NCBI GenBank assembly: GCA_964393235.1
Contig: CAYMTH010000001.1
Coordinates: 1 to 40,664, forward strand
Length of the DNA stretch: 40,664 nucleotides
Reading direction: 5' to 3'
From: an uncultured Solibacteraceae bacterium
Lineage (GTDB): Bacteria > Acidobacteriota > Terriglobia > Bryobacterales > Bryobacteraceae
The position numbers and the translations under genes are program-made. Every line of letters starts with the position of its first letter. Position 1 is the first letter of the stretch. Below, in pieces: positions 8,940 through 15,411 of the stretch. The notes under the pieces were generated by a model that was not told the origin of the DNA, did not search any database, and worked only from the letters and a program-made list of their open reading frames with translations.

Positions 8940-9149
8940 TTCGGCCCGTCCCCTACCCTCAGCACCCCCCGCCCGCCCCGCCCGCTCTGAGGGCGTTTCC
9001 GGCCGTGGTCACCCCCGCCGCCGGCCGGGTCGAGCGTACCACCTCGGCTGGTGGTAGGTGTTATCGGACACAGCATCGGGGCATTATCGCCCGTATGTTG
9101 TTGAAAACAAAGGCTGTGTCCTATAACCACCATTATGTCAACTTTATGG

Positions 9150-9596
9150 TTATGTCGTTGATTCGGATGGAGTTACGTCAATTACGCGGTTCTCGCGGAC
9201 GTGCCGCAGGGCGTCCAGATGCAGGCTGCCGATGTTGATGGCGACGGCCGGCTGCTTGTCCTGGCCGTACTCGGCGCGGTTCCAGCTACGGGCCGCCCAC
9301 TGCCGCACGTCGACCCGCAGCCGCGCCAGCTGCGCCTCGGCCGGCGAGGCCGTGTCGGCGATGCTGAGGGTCTGCTCGACTAGGGCGTCGGCGGCTCGCG
9401 CTCGCGCCTCTCGGAGGGCGGCCGCTCGCTCCTCGTCCCTGTTCATCCACTGGCTCAGGAGCTCCCGGCTCGTGCCCAGCTCCTGCGCGATGGCCGTCAA
9501 CGTCTCGCCGCTGGCGACGCGGTCGATGATGGCTTCCGGCCCGCCCATGTCGGCGATCCTCGCTACCAGCTGCCGCTTGATTGGTGTCCCTGCCAT
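9150..9596 (-). CDS. terS: Terminase small subunit.
   Basis: 148 aa. N-terminal HTH-like segment (GETLTAIAQELGTSRELLSQWMNRDEE), then ARARAADALVEQTLSIAD...ARLRVDVRQWAARSWNRAEYG. This matches the common small-terminase pattern. It is the first gene of the late operon. Confidence 0.8.
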   Translation of the reverse strand: MAGTPIKRQLVARIADMGGPEAIIDRVASGETLTAIAQELGTSRELLSQWMNRDEERAAALREARARAADALVEQTLSIADTASPAEAQLARLRVDVRQWAARSWNRAEYGQDKQPAVAINIGSLHLDALRHVRENRVIDVTPSESTT

Positions 9597-9612
9597 GCCC
9601 CCATACTACCCC

Positions 9613-9634
9613 ATTCTCGACAAACCTAGTCGAC
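9613..9634. promoter_or_regulatory. Operator-like repeat 1: ATTCTCGACAAACCTAGTCGAC, containing the palindrome TCGAC-N7-GTCGA.
   Basis: Starts 17 bp upstream of the terS ATG. 19/22 identical to the copy at 9670-9691. Confidence 0.6.
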
Positions 9635-9669
9635 TATTCCGCCCTCCGCCCTCCGCCCCTCCCCGCCCT

Positions 9670-9691
9670 ATTCTCGACCAACCCGGTCGAC
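9670..9691. promoter_or_regulatory. Operator-like repeat 2: ATTCTCGACCAACCCGGTCGAC.
   Basis: Same 22-mer architecture as 9613-9634, 57 bp away and in direct orientation. Confidence 0.6.
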
Positions 9692-9720
9692 AATTGCCCC
9701 CAGCCGGCCCAGGTGACGGA

Positions 9721-10028
9721 TGTGACGCATAGTGACAGATACCCTTTTCACATCCGCCACCCACCTATCCCCAGCCTTTTCAGCGATTTCCGGCCCCGCG
9801 GTGGCGGGTGTGACGCATTTTCCGCCCATCCCTCCCTCTATATACGACACGGTATGTATGTATACACATGACATGACACATGATCTGCCCCCTATATACA
9901 TAACTATCCCCTGATCGTATACGTTATCCCCGGAAAATATGTCACCTGTCACCAAATCCAGCTAATCCGTTGATTCCAAAACACTTACCTCGAGTGACAG
10001 ATAAAAACCAATACGTCACATCCGCCAC
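9721..10028. repeat. Three pairs of exact short direct repeats bracketing an AT-rich core in the divergent terS/early intergenic region.
   Basis: TGTGACGCAT at 9721 and 9809. AGTGACAGATA at 9731 and 9993. TCACATCCGCCAC at 9748 and 10016. The AT-rich core at about 9835-9935 contains TATATAC twice and GTATGTATGTATACACATGACATGACACATGA. Confidence 0.75.
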
Positions 10029-10130
10029 TTTTTCGGGCCTCAAACACCCCTTCTCGCCCCCTCGCGTCGTGCCGCCATGCCGTCCTGCCGTCAATTCGAG
10101 TTACTATGTATGGCGAAAGGACACCTACCC

Positions 10131-10685
10131 ATGACTCTCATCACCCATCTACTCTCGCCCGCTCATGCGGCCGACTACCTGGACATCACCCACCACGCCC
10201 TGGCCCGCCACCGCCGGAAGGGCACCGGCCCGCGATACTACGACGCCGGAAGGGCCGGCTACTTCTACTCCCTCCCCGACCTCGAAGCCTGGACGCCCCC
10301 GCCGGCGGAGCCCCAGGAACGCCCCGCCGCCCCCTTCGTCTACCCGGTGGAGCTGCTCCATGACGAGTACCAGTGCTGGGGCAGGAGGCTGACCGCTGAG
10401 TACCTGGGCATCAGCGTGGTCTACCTGGACCTCTTGCGGAAGAAGCAGCTGGACCCGCCGGCGCTGCCCCAGGAGTGGGTCCAACGTGGGGCGGTGATGT
10501 ACCCGCGCGGAGCTGTCGAGGTCTACCTGCGGGTGAGCGACGAGAGCGGCCAGTATGGCTCCCTGTTGCGCCGGAAGGCCCGGGAGCTCGCCCGGCAGGC
10601 GGCCGAGGACTGGGTGACGCGGAACCAGGACCAGCTGCCGCCCCCGCCGCCCGGGCAGGCCGCCCAGGCCGGAGGTGCGCGATGA
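10131..10685 (+). CDS. DNA-binding protein with two excisionase/AlpA-type HTH units (candidate Xis or early regulator).
   Basis: LLSPAHAADYLDITHHALARHRRKGTGPRYYDAGRAGYFYSLPDLEAW and RLTAEYLGISVVYLDLLRKKQL...MYPRGAVEVYL both fit the HTH_17-like pattern. The start is uncertain (10077, 10110 or 10131). Confidence 0.55.
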   Translation: MTLITHLLSPAHAADYLDITHHALARHRRKGTGPRYYDAGRAGYFYSLPDLEAWTPPPAEPQERPAAPFVYPVELLHDEYQCWGRRLTAEYLGISVVYLDLLRKKQLDPPALPQEWVQRGAVMYPRGAVEVYLRVSDESGQYGSLLRRKARELARQAAEDWVTRNQDQLPPPPPGQAAQAGGAR

Positions 10686-11107
10686 GCCGCCTCATCTCTC
10701 CCCTCGACCCCATGCCGCCGGAGCTGATCTGGACTGGCAAGGGGTTCCTGTACGACCCGGCAGCCCTGTGCCGCCGGGGCGACTACGTCTGGGTCGAGGA
10801 CGTCGCTGCCGAGATCGGTGTCCCGCGCAGCCTGCGGGCACGGTTCGGGCGGACCGGATTGTGCCCGCACCCGCTGCCCGGTTACTGGTGCCGACCGAAG
10901 CGGTGGGTCGCGCACAAGGACGTCGTCGCTGAGTTTCTGCGCGTTCTCGCCGGCCGGCCGTGGAAGAGTCGGGATACTTGGCCCTTCCATGAGGCCTGGG
11001 AAGCCAGCTATCACTACGCCCAGCGAAACAAAATATACGTCGACCCCTACAGACTCGCGGTAAGCCTCCCCGGCTACGACGAACTGCGTCCCTACCGTCG
11101 CCCCTAG
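10682..11107 (+). CDS. Hypothetical protein (141 aa).
   Basis: ATG at 10682 overlaps the upstream stop (ATGA). The sequence is protein-like (MSRLISPLDPMPPELIWTGKGFLYDPAALCRRGDYVWVEDV...). Confidence 0.55.
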   Translation: MSRLISPLDPMPPELIWTGKGFLYDPAALCRRGDYVWVEDVAAEIGVPRSLRARFGRTGLCPHPLPGYWCRPKRWVAHKDVVAEFLRVLAGRPWKSRDTWPFHEAWEASYHYAQRNKIYVDPYRLAVSLPGYDELRPYRRP

Positions 11108-11206
11108 TCCGCAAAACCCGCAAAACCGGGAAATCTTCGCGCCAGGAACTTTTCCCGGTTCCCTTCCCCCGCGCCCTCAAAACCCGCAAAACCCGCCCAG
11201 TACCGC

Positions 11207-11250
11207 AGGAACAAACAGGAACAAACCGGAACATGTTCCTGTTTGTTCCT
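11207..11250. promoter_or_regulatory. Perfect 16-bp inverted repeat (AGGAACAAACAGGAAC / GTTCCTGTTTGTTCCT) with a 12-nt loop. The left arm is itself a tandem CAGGAACAAA repeat.
   Basis: Arms at 11207-11222 and 11235-11250. The nested palindrome GGAACATGTTCC lies at the centre. The region is intergenic (11108-11381). Confidence 0.8.
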
Positions 11251-11275
11251 CCCTCCCCCACCGCCGGCGGTGTCC

Positions 11276-11366
11276 TGACGTCACGAAAAAATTCTTCACA
11301 AAAGTTGTAACCTCAGCAGCAGTTGTGCCATCCTACATTCAGGACGTCACGACACGTTGACGTCAA
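11276..11366. promoter_or_regulatory. Cluster of three ACGT-centred palindromic sites upstream of the 11382 operon.
   Basis: cTGACGTCAcga at 11276-11283, gGACGTCACga at 11343-11352, and TTGACGTCAA at 11357-11366. Confidence 0.6.
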
Positions 11367-11381
11367 CCACAGGAGAACCCA

Positions 11382-11612
11382 ATGATCACCTTCACTCCCG
11401 CCACCCCCGACACCGAAGAGAGCCTCAACACCTACCGTCTGTTCGTCAACCGTGACGGTCGTGAGACGTGGACGACCGTCGCGGAACCCGGCCGCCGCTC
11501 CGGCCGTTTCGCAGTTGAGCTGTACGCCTACAGCGACACCCTCGAAGGTATCGACAAGGCCGAGCTGCAGTGGGCCTCTGAATACAGCCGCAACCGCCGC
11601 AACGCCCGCTAA
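11382..11612 (+). CDS. Hypothetical protein (76 aa) ending NRRNAR.
   Basis: CACAGGAGAA RBS motif upstream. Shares its last codons and downstream junction with the next gene. Confidence 0.6.
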   Translation: MITFTPATPDTEESLNTYRLFVNRDGRETWTTVAEPGRRSGRFAVELYAYSDTLEGIDKAELQWASEYSRNRRNAR

Positions 11613-11618
11613 CCCAAC
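11588..11618. repeat. Junction repeat A, copy 1 (31 nt exact): CCGCAACCGCCGCAACGCCCGCTAACCCAAC.
   Basis: Identical to 11825-11855. It spans the last codons, the stop and the start of the spacer. Confidence 0.9.
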
Positions 11619-11633
11619 CCACAGGAGAACACC

Positions 11634-11849
11634 ATGCCCCTTGCCCACAACGACCTCACCCAGATCTACGCTGCCAAGGCCCATCTCGACACGCTCCAGC
11701 GGCTCATCGACGCCGCCGTAGCCAATGTGGACAACCTGCTCCGGAATCAGGACCGGCTCACCCTGGGCAATGTAGAGCACGTTGAGAAGCAGCTCGCCGC
11801 CATCGGCCTCGCCGCCCGCCCCAACCGCAACCGCCGCAACGCCCGCTAA
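11634..11849 (+). CDS. Hypothetical protein (71 aa) ending NRRNAR.
   Basis: CACAGGAGAA RBS motif upstream. Helical-looking sequence (IYAAKAHLDTLQRLIDAAVANVDNLLRNQDRL). Confidence 0.6.
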   Translation: MPLAHNDLTQIYAAKAHLDTLQRLIDAAVANVDNLLRNQDRLTLGNVEHVEKQLAAIGLAARPNRNRRNAR

Positions 11850-11855
11850 CCCAAC
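11825..11855. repeat. Junction repeat A, copy 2.
   Basis: Identical to 11588-11618. Confidence 0.9.
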
Positions 11856-11872
11856 ACCCACAGGAGAAACCC

Positions 11873-12232
11873 ATGACCACCCAGATCACCCGCCTCGCCC
11901 ACAACGACTCCGCCTTCATCCTCGGCGTCCGCCGCTACCCCGTCACCTTCACCTTCGGGACAGTCGCTGGGTACGCCGCCCAGTACAACGAAGACCCGGC
12001 TGCCGCCGTCGCCGCCGAGGCCGCGAAGGGCCGCCCCCTCGCCTGGGCGTCCCCCGACGCCACCGTCATCTCCGGCGACCCCGGCTACTACGCCGCCCGC
12101 GAAGCCCGCGAGGCCACCTACCCCCGGCTCACCCTGGGCGACGTCGTCGAACTCGAAGGCCGACAGTACATCCTCCGCCCCGACCACAACCACAACGTCC
12201 GTCTGGAACCCGTAACGGAGGCGGCCCGCTAG
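11873..12232 (+). CDS. Hypothetical protein (119 aa) ending EAAR.
   Basis: CACAGGAGAA RBS motif upstream and protein-like sequence. Confidence 0.6.
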   Translation: MTTQITRLAHNDSAFILGVRRYPVTFTFGTVAGYAAQYNEDPAAAVAAEAAKGRPLAWASPDATVISGDPGYYAAREAREATYPRLTLGDVVELEGRQYILRPDHNHNVRLEPVTEAAR

Positions 12233-12238
12233 GGCCCC
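12217..12238. repeat. Junction repeat B, copy 1 (22 nt exact): GGAGGCGGCCCGCTAGGGCCCC.
   Basis: Identical to 13414-13435. Contains the small hairpin GGCCC-GCTA-GGGCC across the stop codon. Confidence 0.9.
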
Positions 12239-12277
12239 CTCCTCACACCCAACCTCGACACCCACAGGAGAACACCC

Positions 12278-13429
12278 ATGAACACCATCCTCGACCAGAT
12301 CATCGACGCCACCCCGGCCTTCCCCCTCGGCAACCCGACCAACCGGGTCGCCTCGACCACCCGCACCGTGGCCCCGCTCCGGGGCTACGCCACCCCGGTC
12401 ACCGACCCGACCGGCGACATCCTCGCCCAGGCCGGCCTCAACTGGCGCGTCCACGAACTCCCCGTCCTCGTCCAGGGCAGCCGGGAGACGCGCCGGATTC
12501 GCAACCGCAAGGCCCTCGTCCACGGCCGCACGGGCGACGTCATTGAGGTCGTCTCGAACGACTTCAAGGTCCACCAGAACGCCGAGATCGTCGGCGGGCT
12601 GGCCGACGTCATCGACGCCGCCGGCGGCGTCGTCACCAGCGGCGGGTACATCCCCGAATCCGGCCGGGTGTTCCTGACCGGCCGCCTCCAGGCCAAGGCG
12701 GACACCAGCGTCCGGCAGCTGGGTGACGTGACCGAGCTGGAGATCGTCGTCTCCGGCGGGCACAAGCCGGGAACGCCGCGCATCGTCAAGGCCCGCGCCC
12801 TGCGCCTCGTCTGCCTCAACGGCCTGACCGTCCGCGACCGTCTCAGCAACTTCGTCCCGCGAGTCACGCACCGCTCCGCGATCACTTCCGCCGACGCCGA
12901 CGCCCTCCGCGCCTGGGCCGACGACGTCACGAACGGTTTCTTCCAGCTGGCCCGCCGGCTCACCCGCCTCCAGGCGACCCCGGCGTCCCGCGCCGTGCTC
13001 GACGCCGTCGCCGTCCAGGCAACGGCCGGCCAGGACGTCCTCGCCGCCCTCGTCGGCGCGCCCCAGCTCTCCGGTGCGGAGCTGATCGAAGAGATCCTTC
13101 GCCGCGACGAGCGTGAGCGGGAGACGCGCGGGGTCGTCGACTGGCTGCTGAACCCCGGCCCCGCCAACGAAGATCGCCTCGCCGCCCTGCGGCAGGTGCC
13201 CCACGAAGGCAAGCGGATCGTCCAGCACCTGGGAGTGCAGCCGGGGGCGAGCTACACGTACGGCACCCTCGCCCATGTCGTCAACGCCACCAGCTACTGG
13301 ACTGACCACGTCCGGGGCCGGAACGGCGCGGCCGTTGAGAGCGCCCTCTTCGGGGACTCTGATCGGCTGAAGTCGTCGGTGCTGGCGACGGCCGAAGAGT
13401 ACGTCGAGGTTCTGGAGGCGGCCCGCTAG
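12278..13429 (+). CDS. DUF932-family protein (phage/plasmid-like protein).
   Basis: 383 aa. The layout AGLNWRVHELPV...KALVHGRTGDVIEVVSNDFKVHQNAEI...GGYIPESGRVFLTGRL...LRLVCLNGL...SYWTDH...ESALFGDSDRLK matches the DUF932/TIGR03299 pattern as I recall it. Confidence 0.7.
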   Translation: MNTILDQIIDATPAFPLGNPTNRVASTTRTVAPLRGYATPVTDPTGDILAQAGLNWRVHELPVLVQGSRETRRIRNRKALVHGRTGDVIEVVSNDFKVHQNAEIVGGLADVIDAAGGVVTSGGYIPESGRVFLTGRLQAKADTSVRQLGDVTELEIVVSGGHKPGTPRIVKARALRLVCLNGLTVRDRLSNFVPRVTHRSAITSADADALRAWADDVTNGFFQLARRLTRLQATPASRAVLDAVAVQATAGQDVLAALVGAPQLSGAELIEEILRRDERERETRGVVDWLLNPGPANEDRLAALRQVPHEGKRIVQHLGVQPGASYTYGTLAHVVNATSYWTDHVRGRNGAAVESALFGDSDRLKSSVLATAEEYVEVLEAAR

Positions 13430-13435
13430 GGCCCC
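13414..13435. repeat. Junction repeat B, copy 2.
   Basis: Identical to 12217-12238. Confidence 0.9.
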
Positions 13436-13471
13436 TCCTCCGCCCCCAAGCTCAACTCACAGGAGAACAAC

Positions 13472-13648
13472 ATGGAAATCGCAATCCCTATCACCCTGAT
13501 CGGTGCGGCCTTCGGTGCCTGGAAGGTCCAGGTCATCGGCCGCGCCCAACTGTACCGCCGCGTGGAGACGTGGGCTCGCATTCACGCAGCCGGCTGGGAG
13601 GCCTACGATGCCGCCGTCGCCGCCCAGCGGCGGAAGGAGGTGAAGTAG
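13472..13648 (+). CDS. Small membrane protein (58 aa). It falls below the ORF-track size cutoff.
   Basis: Hand-translated as MEIAIPITLIGAAFGAWKVQVIGRAQLYRRVETWARIHAAGWEAYDAAVAAQRRKEVK. Has the CACAGGAGAA RBS motif, and its end supplies the GGAAGGAGG RBS for the next gene. Confidence 0.6.
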   Translation: MEIAIPITLIGAAFGAWKVQVIGRAQLYRRVETWARIHAAGWEAYDAAVAAQRRKEVK

Positions 13649-13649
13649 C

Positions 13650-13964
13650 ATGCTCGTGAAAATCGGAAATCACTGGGCGAACCGCATGAAATACGCGATC
13701 TACTACGAGGGCAAGACCCCCGAAACTCGCGCCGCCTACGGCACCGTCAGCGGCACGTTTGAGCTGGAGCAAGCCATCCGCCAGCTCGACCTGAACAACG
13801 AGCTCTACCCGAAGTTCCAGCACTCGCTCGTCGAGATGCAGCCGAAGGGCTCCGGCCTCCCGCCCCGCCGGATCCAGCCGGCCGAGCTGGCCGAGCTGCG
13901 CCGGCCGTACGACCAGACGCAGGAGCGCCGTGAGGCGGAGCTCGCGGGAAAGGTGGGCAAGTAG
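13650..13964 (+). CDS. Hypothetical protein (104 aa).
   Basis: Strong RBS (GGAAGGAGG) and protein-like sequence. Confidence 0.65.
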   Translation: MLVKIGNHWANRMKYAIYYEGKTPETRAAYGTVSGTFELEQAIRQLDLNNELYPKFQHSLVEMQPKGSGLPPRRIQPAELAELRRPYDQTQERREAELAGKVGK

Positions 13965-13967
13965 CCG

Positions 13968-14414
13968 ATGCCCGCCCTCGTCGGAGATGCCCACCCAACC
14001 TGGGCCGGTGGTGTCACCATCAACGACAAAGGCTACCTGCGGGTGACGGCCGGCCCCGGCCGCCACTCGTACGCCCACCGTCGCGTGGTCGAGCAGCTGC
14101 TGCTGGAGCAGGAGGTGATCCGGCGGGTCGAGGCCGTCCTCACGGGCGAGATCGGGCCCGCCCCCTGGGAGCCGGATCTCACCCTGCCCCAGCTGGCGGC
14201 GCGGGAGGCGCTGGACGTGGTCAGCAACCCGCCACGCCTCCCCGCTGGCCTCCACGTCCACCACACGGACGGGGACAAGCACCACAACTGCCCGCAGAAC
14301 CTGATGGTCCTGGACCGTGCGATCCACGACCATCTCACCCAGGCACACCGCCGGTTCCTCCGGCGGCACCATGAACAGGAAGTCCGCGCGAAGCTGCGCG
14401 GGGAGGTCGTATGA
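13968..14414 (+). CDS. HNH endonuclease.
   Basis: YAHRRVVE ... HVHHTDGDKHHNCPQNLMVLDRAIHDH is an HNH motif. Confidence 0.8.
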   Translation: MPALVGDAHPTWAGGVTINDKGYLRVTAGPGRHSYAHRRVVEQLLLEQEVIRRVEAVLTGEIGPAPWEPDLTLPQLAAREALDVVSNPPRLPAGLHVHHTDGDKHHNCPQNLMVLDRAIHDHLTQAHRRFLRRHHEQEVRAKLRGEVV

Positions 14415-14710
14415 GCAAATACAAGACACGGTGCTTCGCCCGGGTGTGGACTGGAACCGAGCATCAAAGCTGCCACAACACCGCCACCCTGGAGTACTCG
14501 GGTTTCCACTGGTGCCGACTCCATCACCCGCCGACCGTCGAGGCGAAGGCGAAGAAACGCCACGATGAAGGGGAGGCTGAGTGGGAGGAGAAGCAGGCCC
14601 GATGGGCTCACCAGGAGAAGACGAACAAGCTGCGGGATCTCGCTGTCGAGTACCTGCGTGAGCGTCACCCGGACGCCCTTGCGGCGTTGGCGAAAGAGGT
14701 AGGACTATGA
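14411..14710 (+). CDS. Hypothetical Cys/His-containing protein (99 aa).
   Basis: ATGA overlap with the HNH stop. Contains C8, C21-H22 and C35..H38H39, followed by a charged helix. Confidence 0.55.
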   Translation: MSKYKTRCFARVWTGTEHQSCHNTATLEYSGFHWCRLHHPPTVEAKAKKRHDEGEAEWEEKQARWAHQEKTNKLRDLAVEYLRERHPDALAALAKEVGL

Positions 14711-14946
14711 AACCGACATTTGATTGGGTGACCCCGGCGTCCCCGCCGGCCGCGCCCGAGACGCGCCTGGAGCAGATGTACCCGGAGGAGGTGATCCTGG
14801 CCGCCGCCGGACGCATCTCCGCCGCCCGCAGGCGCGTCCACGGGTCGCGGGCTATCCGACTGGCCTGCGTGATCTGCTCGACGCCCCTGACGGCCAGGGA
14901 GCGCCGGAAACCGTGCCCCGTGTGCAAAGGGCGGAACCCCCGATGA
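14707..14946 (+). CDS. Small zinc-ribbon protein (79 aa).
   Basis: ATGA overlap with the upstream stop. C-terminal CVICS...CPVC motif. Confidence 0.55.
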   Translation: MKPTFDWVTPASPPAAPETRLEQMYPEEVILAAAGRISAARRRVHGSRAIRLACVICSTPLTARERRKPCPVCKGRNPR

Positions 14947-15003
14947 GCAACGCGGACGACGTCGTGACGTCCTACCTCCAGCGTTTCGGGTTATCATGAC
15001 AGA

Positions 15004-15090
15004 CGAGCCCCTCGCCCGCTCGACCACCGTTGATTAGACCCAGACTCTGGGGAGGGTCGGGGCAGCGGAATCGAGCGAGCGAGGGGCTCG
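15004..15090. terminator. Long inverted repeat (20-bp arms, 1 mismatch, 47-nt spacer) between convergent transcription units. Likely a bidirectional terminator or insulator.
   Basis: CGAGCCCCTCGCCCGCTCGA at 15004-15023 pairs with TCGAGCGAGCGAGGGGCTCG at 15071-15090. It lies between the end of the plus-strand block (about 14999) and the end of the minus-strand RHH gene (15113). Confidence 0.6.
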
Positions 15091-15112
15091 GCCCTTCGAT
15101 GAAGTTTCCTTT

Positions 15113-15334
15113 TTAACGCCGCGTCTTCGGACGCGGCTTTTTGTCTTTTTCAGGGGGCGTCGGGGCCTCCGGAGCGGGGCTCGGCGGGACAGGGATAGCC
15201 GAGACGTCTTCGCCCGCTGCGTACCTCTCGCAGATCGGCTCGATCAGCCCCTGCCACGTCATCTCTTCGTCCACGAGTCGGTGGATACATGCCCTCCACA
15301 CATCGTCAGGCAGCCGTACGGTGATTGCCTTCAC
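15113..15334 (-). CDS. Ribbon-helix-helix (CopG/Arc/MetJ-type) DNA-binding protein. It is the only minus-strand gene inside the early region.
   Basis: The N-terminus (GTG)KAITVRLPDDVWRACIHRLVDEEMTWQGLIEPICERY fits a beta-strand plus two helices. It has a P/K-rich tail. An AAGAGG RBS lies 7 nt upstream of the GTG. Confidence 0.7.
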   Translation of the reverse strand: MKAITVRLPDDVWRACIHRLVDEEMTWQGLIEPICERYAAGEDVSAIPVPPSPAPEAPTPPEKDKKPRPKTRR

Positions 15335-15411
15335 GTTAAACCTCTTTCATTTTTGCGCGACAGTAGTGCACGACGCCGGGACGCCATGCTAGCCTCATGG
15401 TTGTCTTACGG

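Noticed and set aside
8759-9133. 124-aa minus-strand ORF (and 8688..8990 +) inside the terS-terL spacer.
   Set aside because: The translation is almost entirely G/R/P/A (GGGGDHGRKRPQSGRGGRG...). There is no RBS, and the frame is created by the G/C tracts. I treat the spacer as non-coding.
9037-9153. Sigma70-like TTGACA on the minus strand (about 9137-9132) as a terL promoter, and the hairpins at 9037-9056 and 9123-9153 as terminators.
   Set aside because: No convincing -10 hexamer lies at the right spacing. The hairpins are short or AT-rich and lack an adjacent T-tract. They are noted only as part of the structured spacer.
14943-14999. 18-codon micro-ORF (MSNADDVVTSYLQRFGLS) that starts with an ATGA overlap on the preceding stop.
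   Set aside because: It is too short to support from sequence alone and may just be the operon tail before the 15004-15090 inverted repeat.
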